A stretch of DNA of 64,000 nt, taken from assembly GCA_964427715.1 (NCBI GenBank), contig CAYRUV010000001.1, positions 34,552 through 98,551 of the forward strand, read 5' to 3'. Below are positions 1 to 9,037 of this stretch, piece by piece (position 1 is the stretch's first letter; every line of letters starts with the position of its first letter). Made by a program: the position numbers and the translations under genes. Source of the stretch: an uncultured archaeon. GTDB lineage: Archaea; Iainarchaeota; Iainarchaeia; Iainarchaeales; VGJJ01. The notes beneath the pieces were generated by a model that worked only from the letters and a program-made list of their open reading frames with translations, did not search any database and was not told where the DNA came from.

Positions 1-261
1 TGGCAGAAGTTTCGGGATATGATATCCTTCATGAATAGTAAAGGCATTCCTTTCTTCGACATGATTGGTCCCAACATTGTAGTGCGTCGTCTTTCGGCCG
101 AGGAGTGGATTCCTGTCCTCGTGGACTACAAGTCGGCCACGGGCTGGACGCATTGGTCTAAGCCTTGGTATTTCATTCCATCTCTACGACGTCGACGTCT
201 GATACGGCAGGCGAATGCACTGATCACTCGATTCGGCCAGGAGAGAGAGAAAATCCAATAG
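1..261 (+). CDS. 3' end of a gene continuing upstream of the window (unknown product)
   Basis: Open frame runs from nt 1 (WQKFRDMISFMNS...EREKIQ*) with the stop at 262-264. No recognisable motif. Confidence 0.3.
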   Translation, partial: WQKFRDMISFMNSKGIPFFDMIGPNIVVRRLSAEEWIPVLVDYKSATGWTHWSKPWYFIPSLRRRRLIRQANALITRFGQEREKIQ

Positions 262-297
262 CTTCCTCGCGTCCTATCCTATTCCGAATGTGCTTTC

Positions 298-654
298 TCA
301 CTTCGCGATGCCCAAGAATGCGAGCACAATCATCGCGCCCAATCCGGCCAATCCAAATATCGCACTTACAACGAGTGAGGCCCAAAAGGGAAGCTGGATG
401 TTCAACACGTACGTGGCAACGCCCCACCCGATCAATCCGAGGATGGTGTTCACAACAATGTTCTTGAGCATCATGAACACGAGAAATGCCCCGACTACAA
501 GGACAATCCCCACAATCAGCCAGGACCAGTCTCCGGAAACAGAGTTGGCAATCGTTTGGGTGGCCTCGGCGGCCTGCAAGAGGAAGGTCATACCTCCAAG
601 GGTCCTTTCGTTTGTTATAAATCCGCCTCTTGGGGTGGGTCCTATAAAAATCAA
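298..654 (-). CDS. small integral membrane protein (3-4 TM helices)
   Basis: 118-aa ORF that is strongly hydrophobic throughout (LIVGIVLVVGAFLVFMML, GLIGWGVATYVL, AIFGLAGLGAMIVLAFLGI). The overlapping + strand ORFs lack such features. Confidence 0.5.
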   Translation of the reverse strand: MIFIGPTPRGGFITNERTLGGMTFLLQAAEATQTIANSVSGDWSWLIVGIVLVVGAFLVFMMLKNIVVNTILGLIGWGVATYVLNIQLPFWASLVVSAIFGLAGLGAMIVLAFLGIAK

Positions 655-671
655 TCCACCCTTCTTTCATC

Positions 672-1388
672 ATGGCCTTGAACTTTACGGACGCGCAGAA
701 GAAGCTCTGCAACGCCTTGCTGGATGGACCCAAGTCACTTGAAACTCTGTCGGAAAGAGTCGGAATGAAGCACGCGGCCGCCCAGGAGGAATTGAAGCAT
801 TTGATTCAGCTCAAGCTGGTATCCCTGCAAGGAGTCCCGCCGATTTACCTCTTGAAAGAGGAAGTCGTGCAGGAGATGAAGCGACGCAAAACCATTGAAT
901 CGGAAGACGACAACAAGTTCCGCGTTCGCGTGTTGATTGAAGTACAGGGATTAGAGGAATCCTTAGTCCAGAAGCAGGTGGATAAGATTCTCGACACGAT
1001 GCGCGCCGAGCCCATTTTCAAAATCTACGCGGTCAAGACGGAGAAAATCGTCAAAGTGGAGGAGAAGTACACCACGTTCACGGAAATTAACCTCTCTGTT
1101 CGAGACTTCCGCGCCATGGTGCGATTGGCCTTCTTCTACGGCCCTGCGTCGATTGAAGTGATTAAGCCCGCTAAAATAGAGTTTACCCTCAATGATTTCC
1201 AGGATGGCCTAGTGGATATGACCGAGATGGTCCACGCCTACGCGGATTACATCATGGGGATTCTATCCCGAAAGAAGGTGGAGGAGTTCAACACCAAGTT
1301 CTTCCAGGGCGTTCGTTCGGGTCACGAGTTAAAGCCGAAGATCGAGGGAAAAGCCCCTCCTTTGCCCGAAGACCTTCCTTCCATCTAG
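672..1388 (+). CDS. hypothetical protein with N-terminal winged-helix-like segment
   Basis: 238-aa ORF with even codon usage. The N-terminus (KKLCNALLDGPKSLETLSERVGMKHAAAQEELKHLIQLKLV) resembles wHTH regulators. No catalytic motif. Confidence 0.55.
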   Translation: MALNFTDAQKKLCNALLDGPKSLETLSERVGMKHAAAQEELKHLIQLKLVSLQGVPPIYLLKEEVVQEMKRRKTIESEDDNKFRVRVLIEVQGLEESLVQKQVDKILDTMRAEPIFKIYAVKTEKIVKVEEKYTTFTEINLSVRDFRAMVRLAFFYGPASIEVIKPAKIEFTLNDFQDGLVDMTEMVHAYADYIMGILSRKKVEEFNTKFFQGVRSGHELKPKIEGKAPPLPEDLPSI

Positions 1389-1514
1389 GAAATGGGTTTT
1401 TCTTTGGCGAAATACCCTCTCCATGGATTTCCTTATTTCTCGTCTCTTCCCGAGGACCTATTTTCTTTCGCGTATTGCCTTACCTCCCTACGATGATTGT
1501 ACGTGGTATTTCCT

Positions 1515-1590
1515 CCCCTTCGTTATAAAGGAATTCATTACCTACGTCAATTGTCGGTCAAAACTCGAAACGTATTTAAACGGCTTGACC
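1515..1590 (+). promoter_or_regulatory. candidate promoter / long 5' leader of the surface-layer gene
   Basis: TATA-like ttataaagg (1521-1531) and gtatttaaacgg (1573-1584) sit 100-170 nt upstream of the ATG at 1690. GGTGAAG lies 7 nt upstream of the ATG. Confidence 0.3.
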
Positions 1591-1689
1591 CATGGTAAGA
1601 CTCAATGAGCCAGTCACCGATACCGATGGTCGTTTCGTCCATTGTATGGGTGTGCGAACGCTCGTTGTGATTCGTGAGGTGAAGCACAA

Positions 1690-4665
1690 ATGAATGGATT
1701 GAAAGTACGCAAACTCGCAGCCGTTGTAGCTGGTGGTGCGTTGCTGGGTGCCGCAATGGCCCCTATGGTCTCGGCCATCAACAGCAGCGAAGCCAAGTCG
1801 GTTGTCTACAACGCCGATATGAGCCCTGTCGTCAACGTGGTCGTTGGAAAGAACGCCGCGGTCTCCGATGGTGTTTGGGCCGGTAACATCGCCCGAAAGA
1901 TCGTCGAGAAAGCCGTCAAGGAAATGACGTATACAGGCGGAGCAGGCGGAAGCGGCACGGCCGTTGTCTCAGACCTCTCAGCCGTTTTGGCCTTGGGCGG
2001 AACCGTCACGGTTACGGGCGGAAAGACGTTCGACACCGCGAATTTGAATTCGGCCTCCGGAAACGCTGCCGTTGAATACGGACAGTCAATCTCGGAAGAC
2101 CCCCTCTCCTTCTTGAAGGATGAGTCAATTTCTTACAAGTATAACGGATCCTCGACCTCGATCGATGTCCGCGAAACGATCGGAATCGACTTGGACGCCA
2201 AGTTCGAGACCGACGAAGACGTGCGCGATTTGGTCGCTATTTTCGAAGCCGGAGATGTCAACTATGTTTTGAACCTCGGCGGCGGAATTCCGACGAACGA
2301 CACGGATGACGTTGTGGGAGACTTCTCCGACGACTCCGACGATAACATTCGAATCCCCTTCTTCGGAAAGACCTTCTTGGTCCAGACCGTTGACCAGACG
2401 GACTCGAACGCAGTCACGGAACTCCGATTGATCGAAGACAAGGCGAAGCAGACGTTCGTGGCTGGAGAATCCTTCACCATGGCCGGAAAGGGAGCCTACA
2501 CGGGCCAGACCCTCACGGTGACGGTTGTTTCAATTGTCGCGACGAGCGGTGCCGGATCTTACCAGGCCAAGTTCAACTTGACCGACGAAGCCGGAAACGT
2601 TATCGACACGCAGACGGTTGCCTCAGGAACCTTCATCGACTTCGAAGATGACGAAGGCGACGAAGTAGTGAACGGAGACATTTACGTGGACACCGCCTCG
2701 GTCTCTACGGGAACCAACGAAGGAACGGTTGACGTTTTGGTTGGAACCTCCTCGGTGCGCTTGTTGGACGGACAGAATTATCCGTATAACGAAGACGCTG
2801 ATGAAGAGAACATCGACGGACCCTACGGAGTCACGTTGAACGAAATCGCTTCGACGAACCGCTTGACCTCGGTGGTTATTGCCAACCAGGCCATGGACGA
2901 CGACGAGGACTCAGCCGCCGGAGAATTGATCGCTTCCTACACGGACTCGATTAACGACGACGACAACCCCTTGTACTCGAAGAATAATTCGTTGACGGCC
3001 GCCGGAGAAGACGGAGCTTACGAGTTCTCCTTCTTGGACGGAACCGGAGCTTTAGGTGAAGACTTCTTCAAGATCACCTTCAACGGATTCGAGAACGACG
3101 AAGAGATGACCTACATCAAAGTCGGGAACAACGAAATTCAGTTCCGCGACGCGCAGGACTCTACGCACAAGGTGCCCTTCTGGTTCGTCCGGACGGACAT
3201 CGACTCGGCCACGAAGACTGCTACCAGCGATGGTTCAGACTTCACGTTCGACGAGACGCAGGACCTGTGGTGGGATATCAACACGGCCAGCCAGGACTTC
3301 AACGTGTCTAACGGTACGTTGTTGAACGGTGTTGCAGTGTCGATTGTCAGCAGCCAGATGAACACGGATAACGGAGACGTCAACGTTCTCGCGCTTGCCG
3401 GAACCGCTGTGACCATTAAGGGAGTCACCTACTTAGCTGAAGGACGCCAAGGTGCCGGTGTCGTCAAGTTGACGGCTGACGGATACGTTCGCGTTGCGGA
3501 CGCCGAATTGGACAGCGATGTCTCAACTTCGGACTTGGTCCAAGGATTGGGCGGATTGTCCAACGTGACAGGTGTCACGGGCGGAACCACTACGGCCAAC
3601 TTGGCGGGTGTCTTCTTCTACGACGACGCCAACCAGAGCGGAACCTCTATCGCGGTCTCAACAGCCCCGATGTTGCTCCCCTTGTCCGGTGACAACTACA
3701 ATGTGGCATACTCCTACTACGTGGAAGAATCCGCGGATGAAGGACTGTACTTCATGTTGTACGGTGACACGGCCAACCAGCACTCGACCGGAAACGGAGT
3801 CACGGTCCCGTATAACACCACGCTGCAGAACAGCAAGCGATTGGCGTTCATCGGAACCGACGTTGCCGAAGACGGAACAGCGGATAAGAACTTCTACTTC
3901 CCGCAGATCGACGATTTGGGACAGGACGATTCGAGCACCACGGTGTTCTCTTCGATCTTCCAGGTCGACGAAAACGGTGGTACGGAGTATCCGATCCGAT
4001 TCTACATCGACAACCAGACCGACGACATCCCCAACACGGATGACGACGATATCGCAACCCCTACCTCGGATGTCAACTACGGTTGGTCCAGCACGGGTCT
4101 GAACGGTGTCACGTTGTCTTTGGACTTCGAGGACAGCGACAGTTTGGAAGCCGCTTGGACGGACTTCGGAACGAAGATCTCGATCGAAGGACACGACGCC
4201 GCAGAATTCTGGATCCCCGAGAACCGACCTCAAATCGAGTTCATCGTCTCCGGAGCCTCTACGACGACGGAAGTCGAAGGTGGAGAAGAAATTGAAGTAG
4301 ACGAAGGCGAAACGGGTACCTTCACGACCGGAACGCAAGTTGCGGTTAAGGAGATCAAGTACACGGCTACGGTCACCGACGGCTCAACAGTCGTTGTCGC
4401 TGGAGCTCCCTTCACGTACACGACCCCTGCCGCCTTGAACGGTAAGGCTCAGGTCTATACGACGGATTCAGCCGTTCCGGGACCCAAAGTCATTGTGGGT
4501 GGACCTTTGGTCAACTCCTTGGCCCAGGAAATCGCGGACCAGTTGAACGCGGACGGAGACATGGTCTCTGGTGTGTTCGGAGGCAATATCATTGTCGCCG
4601 GATACAGCGCGGAAGACACCGGACAGGCAGCCCAAGACCTCATTTCGGCCTTGGACGCTATCTAA
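1690..4665 (+). CDS. large secreted acidic Thr/Asp-rich cell-surface (S-layer-like) protein
   Basis: 991-aa ORF with an N-terminal signal peptide (KLAAVVAGGALLGAAMAPMVSA). It is very D/E/T/S/G-rich, has many N-x-T/S sequons and no catalytic motifs. A strong hairpin plus T-tract lies immediately downstream. Confidence 0.7.
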   Translation: MNGLKVRKLAAVVAGGALLGAAMAPMVSAINSSEAKSVVYNADMSPVVNVVVGKNAAVSDGVWAGNIARKIVEKAVKEMTYTGGAGGSGTAVVSDLSAVLALGGTVTVTGGKTFDTANLNSASGNAAVEYGQSISEDPLSFLKDESISYKYNGSSTSIDVRETIGIDLDAKFETDEDVRDLVAIFEAGDVNYVLNLGGGIPTNDTDDVVGDFSDDSDDNIRIPFFGKTFLVQTVDQTDSNAVTELRLIEDKAKQTFVAGESFTMAGKGAYTGQTLTVTVVSIVATSGAGSYQAKFNLTDEAGNVIDTQTVASGTFIDFEDDEGDEVVNGDIYVDTASVSTGTNEGTVDVLVGTSSVRLLDGQNYPYNEDADEENIDGPYGVTLNEIASTNRLTSVVIANQAMDDDEDSAAGELIASYTDSINDDDNPLYSKNNSLTAAGEDGAYEFSFLDGTGALGEDFFKITFNGFENDEEMTYIKVGNNEIQFRDAQDSTHKVPFWFVRTDIDSATKTATSDGSDFTFDETQDLWWDINTASQDFNVSNGTLLNGVAVSIVSSQMNTDNGDVNVLALAGTAVTIKGVTYLAEGRQGAGVVKLTADGYVRVADAELDSDVSTSDLVQGLGGLSNVTGVTGGTTTANLAGVFFYDDANQSGTSIAVSTAPMLLPLSGDNYNVAYSYYVEESADEGLYFMLYGDTANQHSTGNGVTVPYNTTLQNSKRLAFIGTDVAEDGTADKNFYFPQIDDLGQDDSSTTVFSSIFQVDENGGTEYPIRFYIDNQTDDIPNTDDDDIATPTSDVNYGWSSTGLNGVTLSLDFEDSDSLEAAWTDFGTKISIEGHDAAEFWIPENRPQIEFIVSGASTTTEVEGGEEIEVDEGETGTFTTGTQVAVKEIKYTATVTDGSTVVVAGAPFTYTTPAALNGKAQVYTTDSAVPGPKVIVGGPLVNSLAQEIADQLNADGDMVSGVFGGNIIVAGYSAEDTGQAAQDLISALDAI

Positions 4666-4693
4666 AGGCGTCAACTCCAAGTGGATGGTTAGC

Positions 4694-4760
4694 GGAGTAG
4701 GAGGGGGATTTCCCCCCTACTCCTTTCCCATTTACTCTCTCTTTTTTGTTTGAGTTTTTC
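4694..4760 (+). terminator. GC hairpin plus T-rich tract terminator of the surface protein gene
   Basis: The GGAGTAGGAGGGGG-ATTT-CCCCCCTACTCC stem-loop (4694-4723) is followed by a pyrimidine/T-rich run (tttcccatttactctctcttttttgttt). Confidence 0.6.
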
Positions 4761-4827
4761 CTTCTTTTTTCCTTATTCTCGTGGCTAAAACGTTCCATTA
4801 AAAGGCTTTTTTGGGAATCTTTGGTCT

Positions 4828-5490
4828 ATGCGCAACGTACATTTGTATGCCCTCTTCGCCCTCTTGTTTGCGGGGGCATTGTTCCTCGCGGTCACGCAGA
4901 CCACTCCTCAAGAGTTATGGGGGAAGATCTTCGCGACCAAGTATGAGTACTCCCTCACCGAGAGTGGGATTCTCTTCGCATCCAATGATGCGTCCATTGA
5001 GGAATCATTGGCGTTCATCGGCCAGCAGAAGAGCTTTGTCCTTTCTCCGGTGGGACTGCAGACGAATGGTTCATTGAACGGGTTGATTGGGGATGCGCTG
5101 GTGCAGCAACAGATTGTATTAGGCGGAAACCAAAAACTTACGATGACGGTTGTTCGCGTCTATGATGTTCCGAATGGAAAATGGTTGGGCTGCCAGACCG
5201 ATTATGGAACGGCCAAGGATTCGCAGTTCATTGGTTTAGAAGAATGCCAGTCTCTCTTGTCCCCGTCGAATTCGTATGTGATTCTCACCGCGTTCCCGGA
5301 TGACTCTTTGAGCCAGCCATTGGTGTTGATTTCTCCCACGTCGACCGTGATATACACGCCTAAAGAAGAGGACATTCCCGGCGTGAACTACCTATTCCTG
5401 CGCGGCGTCTTCAAGAACGCGGAGCAGTTGATTGGGGTCGCGAATCAAGTCGTGGATGCGGTTCAAAATCCCGACACGAATACCAACTAG
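4828..5490 (+). CDS. secreted hypothetical protein
   Basis: 220 aa with an N-terminal signal/TM (LYALFALLFAGALFLAVTQ). No recognisable domain. Confidence 0.55.
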   Translation: MRNVHLYALFALLFAGALFLAVTQTTPQELWGKIFATKYEYSLTESGILFASNDASIEESLAFIGQQKSFVLSPVGLQTNGSLNGLIGDALVQQQIVLGGNQKLTMTVVRVYDVPNGKWLGCQTDYGTAKDSQFIGLEECQSLLSPSNSYVILTAFPDDSLSQPLVLISPTSTVIYTPKEEDIPGVNYLFLRGVFKNAEQLIGVANQVVDAVQNPDTNTN

Positions 5491-6773
5491 TCTTGCTCTT
5501 CGGCTTCTTCGGTCGTATTGACGGGAAGGGAATCGTTTTTCATCAATTCTCTCAATGCCGTCGTGGCATACGCTCCTTTGTCTAGCCAAAATGATACCGT
5601 TGCAGCGGTCTTTCCTTCGTAGAACGCATCCTTCTCAACTTTTTCGAGCTTGAAATCATGCACGCGCAATAGAATAGGTTTTCTCGCGCCCCAACTGGAG
5701 AGTTCTCCCAACTTGGGGTTGTTGAACAGCTTGGGGTGGACACCTTCCTTGGTCAATACCCCTTGCTCGATATCTCCCGGGATTCCCTTTGCATACGTGG
5801 ACTGGCTTCCCGGCAAGGGCGCGGTGGGGATTCCATTCTCGAGGATGTCTCCCTCCATCGCGTACATCAGTCCTTTCCTCACGCGCTCGGCGACGATGAG
5901 GTTGAACAAGTGGCTCTGGTAGGCGTGCGTGAACAAATACCTCGTCTTCTGGGGCAATCGTTGGAAGGCCCCGGCGAAGTCCTTAGGGTTGGTTACGAGG
6001 TGATTGAGCATGATTACTTCAAAGTGCATCTTATCTGGAAATTCCTTGAGAGCGCGGGAAAAATCATGCGTCTCGCGCAATTGTTTACGTGCATCCGCCA
6101 CAATATCTTCTTCTCCCACCGAGGGTTTGGTGAGGTATTCCATCACGGCTTCGTCCATTTTACCTTCTAACAAGAGCTTCCCCACTACATGCGTGATGTT
6201 TCGGATGCCCCCAAAGCGTTGTTCGCCGTAATAGTTGGGCACCCCATTCGCGAGTAGTCCAGAGAAGGCGTGGATTTGTTTCTCGGTTTCTCCCATCAAA
6301 TGAGGGATGTCTCGGATGGTGATTCTAAACTTATTTCCCCTGGCGTCTCCTAAATCAATACGCTTGTCCGACCATTCCGCGTGATGCAAAGCGATTCCTC
6401 GCATGCTGAATCGTTTCAACTTTTCGATTTCGGGTCGCCACATCGAGATGCGTTGGCATGTTAATGCGCGCTTGTCTTTCAATCCTGCATACCCGATACG
6501 CTTCACGCTGTTTCCCGTTCCGCGGGAAAGGTTTCGGATGGCAAACGTAGTTTCGAGGTTGAACTTTTCCATTCTCACGTGCAATTGGTCAAACTTTCGA
6601 GGGTTAGGATTCTCGGGAATCGTGAGGTTTATTCGGGGAGGGGGGTTGAGGTTCAATTGTTCAATAGTACAAACCGTTCCGTCCTGAAGGATTTCCTCTA
6701 CTTGAAAGTCCTCGATTCGTCGCTTGAGTTGCCCTCCTAACGGAGTTGTTTTAGTGAAATAGGGGAGGTCCAT
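5487..6773 (-). CDS. truD: tRNA pseudouridine synthase TruD/Pus7 family
   Basis: 428 aa. The YAGLKDKRALTCQRIS motif around the catalytic Asp, the length and GEQRFG are typical of TruD. Confidence 0.8.
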   Translation of the reverse strand: MDLPYFTKTTPLGGQLKRRIEDFQVEEILQDGTVCTIEQLNLNPPPRINLTIPENPNPRKFDQLHVRMEKFNLETTFAIRNLSRGTGNSVKRIGYAGLKDKRALTCQRISMWRPEIEKLKRFSMRGIALHHAEWSDKRIDLGDARGNKFRITIRDIPHLMGETEKQIHAFSGLLANGVPNYYGEQRFGGIRNITHVVGKLLLEGKMDEAVMEYLTKPSVGEEDIVADARKQLRETHDFSRALKEFPDKMHFEVIMLNHLVTNPKDFAGAFQRLPQKTRYLFTHAYQSHLFNLIVAERVRKGLMYAMEGDILENGIPTAPLPGSQSTYAKGIPGDIEQGVLTKEGVHPKLFNNPKLGELSSWGARKPILLRVHDFKLEKVEKDAFYEGKTAATVSFWLDKGAYATTALRELMKNDSLPVNTTEEAEEQD

Positions 6774-6807
6774 GTCCTAGAATGAGTCCTATGGGCTTTA
6801 ATGCCTG

Positions 6808-8058
6808 CTACTTGTACCGGAGCATGGCGCCAATCCCACCAAAAGAGTGGTAGAATTGGGCTCCTTCCTCGGAGTCCATGGAAATAACGGCAGTTTCGGT
6901 TCCCATGGCGTGGGTCTTCTCTAATAAGTGGTCCAAATAGTCGGCTTCCTCTACTTCTTCCACGGCTCCTTGGCACTTTTCACACTTGATTTGAGTATCA
7001 TCGAATTCTTGCTTGGGGTCCTTGATTGTAAACATCTTCTCATGCTCACACTGGGTACACTTCACCGTGATGATTCTCCACGCGATTCCTTCTGAGAGGA
7101 TAAGCAAAGAGACTTGTCCCTTCTCTAAGGATTCTTCCACGTCTCGCTGTCCATATGTTGCAAGTCCGTCCTTGGCGACCTCGGTCATGAACTTAGAAAG
7201 GATAGCCTTTTCGCGCATGATCTCCGTGTTGCGTAACAAGTCTTCGCTTCGCTGGATGATCTCACGAATACCCGATTCATCCGTGTAGGATAAATCAATG
7301 GTTCCGAGGATTTTGTCTCGGATACGATAATCCAATGCTTCCAATCCCAAAAAATCATTCTTGGTCTGACCAGGTCCACCCACAATAACTCCTTTGAGTT
7401 TGTCGAATTTTCCCTCCAATGCGGAGTTGATTTTTCCTGAAATACTCTTGTAGAAGTCATTCGCGGCTTCTTCTCGCAAGTGTTCGAATCGTTGTGCGGA
7501 TTGTCCACCGGCACGGAACTTTCCGGCAACATTTGAAGTAAAGTGTCCGATGATTTCGTATCGCTTCCCAACCAGCAATGCAATGGTGGCCTCTCGCTTG
7601 TCCATGACCACAAAGCAGTACACCTCGTTCGGGACCATCATGTCTTGCAACGGATCTAAGTGGAATGAGCTATCGCACCAATACAATTTTGTGCGTAAGG
7701 CCTTGAGGGCCTTCACCACAAACAATCGCAAGTCCGTGCGTCCTTCAATCGGGGAGATGTTTCCCGAAAACACGGCCATTCCAGTGGCGGGAATATCGAA
7801 GTTGATTTGTTTGAGGTAATTGGAAATCTTCTTCAACGCGGACTGGACATTCTTCCGTGTTTGAGGAGATTTGATGTTGGAGCTTTGGCTCATTTCCGTA
7901 GCCAGTTGGTTCATCACCGAACTTCGGTCGGTTCCATGCGGAATGTACACGGAAATCAATTCGGTTCCTCGTCCCTTGTAGCCGGACAGCTCCTTCAGCT
8001 TCTTCTTGAAGAGGGCCTGCTCGGCCGAGTCGGCTTCTATTAGGGTTTCTTTGGGCAT
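6808..8058 (-). CDS. prf1: peptide chain release factor aRF1 (eRF1 homologue) with Zn-ribbon insertion in domain 3
   Basis: 416 aa. It has the NIKS-like NIKSPQTRKN segment, the GGQ motif (FRAGGQSAQRF) and C-x2-C...C-x2-C in the C-terminal domain. Confidence 0.9.
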   Translation of the reverse strand: MPKETLIEADSAEQALFKKKLKELSGYKGRGTELISVYIPHGTDRSSVMNQLATEMSQSSNIKSPQTRKNVQSALKKISNYLKQINFDIPATGMAVFSGNISPIEGRTDLRLFVVKALKALRTKLYWCDSSFHLDPLQDMMVPNEVYCFVVMDKREATIALLVGKRYEIIGHFTSNVAGKFRAGGQSAQRFEHLREEAANDFYKSISGKINSALEGKFDKLKGVIVGGPGQTKNDFLGLEALDYRIRDKILGTIDLSYTDESGIREIIQRSEDLLRNTEIMREKAILSKFMTEVAKDGLATYGQRDVEESLEKGQVSLLILSEGIAWRIITVKCTQCEHEKMFTIKDPKQEFDDTQIKCEKCQGAVEEVEEADYLDHLLEKTHAMGTETAVISMDSEEGAQFYHSFGGIGAMLRYK

Positions 8059-8161
8059 ATACTGTGCCTTCTAACATAATGGGCTTAGGCAAGTTTTTAT
8101 AGCGGGGTGTAGTGAGAAAAGTTGGCGGTGTAGCAGCTGTTCAAAGGGGTAGGGTCCAGTT

Positions 8162-9031
8162 ATGGACATGTTTGATTTATTCCGGGAAACCGATGCCAAT
8201 TCGAAGCCGGAAAAGACCCTCTCGCCGGACAGTCCGCCAATTCCAGAATCCAATTCTTCTCTCAATGACTCGGATGAGTCCACGGGTTTATTCGCACCTT
8301 CTCCTGAATCCGAAGAAGCGCCCTTTCCTTCCACACTCGCTCCTTCGTCTCGCAATGCGGTTTCCAATTCACTCGTGATTGCGATACCGGGCTCGGTTAT
8401 CCTACGTTCGAATTCTTTTCAGCTTGCGTGGCTCTCTCGCCTCGCCCAATCGATTGAATCCTTGCGTACAAATGGAACGAAGGTTACGGTGGTCGTGGGA
8501 GAATCCCCCGATGTTCGCACCGCGTCTCGCGCTGCGCACCAATTGAGCTTACATCCGAATGAAATCAGTCAAGCCATGCGCGCTTCTTCGGGATTGAATG
8601 CCTCCTTAGTGTTGCGCACTCTCTCCCAAGCCCACCCTCAAGTGTGCGAGGATATTCAAGAGACGGTTTCGTTGTTGCAGACCGATACGTTGCCGGTGAT
8701 GCTGGGTTCGAAGGACTCATTGTCTATGGAAGCTCGCGCGGCGATGCTTGCCGAGAGTATGGGGGCGAAGATGGTGTTGTTTTCGGAGATGGATATTCCC
8801 TACAACACCCTTCATCACGGTCGCTTCTCCAAGATGGCCTCGGACTCGGCGTTCAAGTCCAACCAGCAGTTCATCGTGGATCCTCTAACGGCATTGGTTT
8901 TGGCCCGCTCGAAGGTGGAAACCCTTTTGCTTTCCGAGAAGCATGTCTCCAAGCTCGCGTCCGTGTTGAGTGGGCAAGCCAAGGAAGGCACGTGGATCAC
9001 CAGTTCCCCGGCGGCTGCAAAAGAAGAATAA
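8162..9031 (+). CDS. amino-acid-kinase-fold protein (UMP kinase / isopentenyl phosphate kinase-like) with a disordered N-terminal extension
   Basis: 289 aa. VIAIPGSVIL resembles the K-I-G-G-S nucleotide-binding strand, VTVVVGES resembles the VVVGGG motif, and ISQAMRASSGLNASLV resembles the UMPK DYLGMLATVMNAL segment. The glycine motifs are degenerate. The first 90 aa are S/P/E-rich low complexity. Confidence 0.4.
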   Translation: MDMFDLFRETDANSKPEKTLSPDSPPIPESNSSLNDSDESTGLFAPSPESEEAPFPSTLAPSSRNAVSNSLVIAIPGSVILRSNSFQLAWLSRLAQSIESLRTNGTKVTVVVGESPDVRTASRAAHQLSLHPNEISQAMRASSGLNASLVLRTLSQAHPQVCEDIQETVSLLQTDTLPVMLGSKDSLSMEARAAMLAESMGAKMVLFSEMDIPYNTLHHGRFSKMASDSAFKSNQQFIVDPLTALVLARSKVETLLLSEKHVSKLASVLSGQAKEGTWITSSPAAAKEE

Positions 9032-9037
9032 TTTCGG

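Noticed and set aside
224-742. Overlapping ORFs 224..733 (-) and 290..742 (+)
   Set aside because: Both are hydrophilic and odd in composition, and they overlap the strongly hydrophobic 298..654 (-) membrane ORF, which is the more protein-like reading.
3572-4421. Several ORFs inside and antisense to the S-layer gene (for example 3658..4338 -, 3572..4102 +)
   Set aside because: They are embedded in a 991-aa gene with a clear signal peptide and consistent composition. The alternative frames are Arg/Thr-rich artefacts of GC-rich codons.
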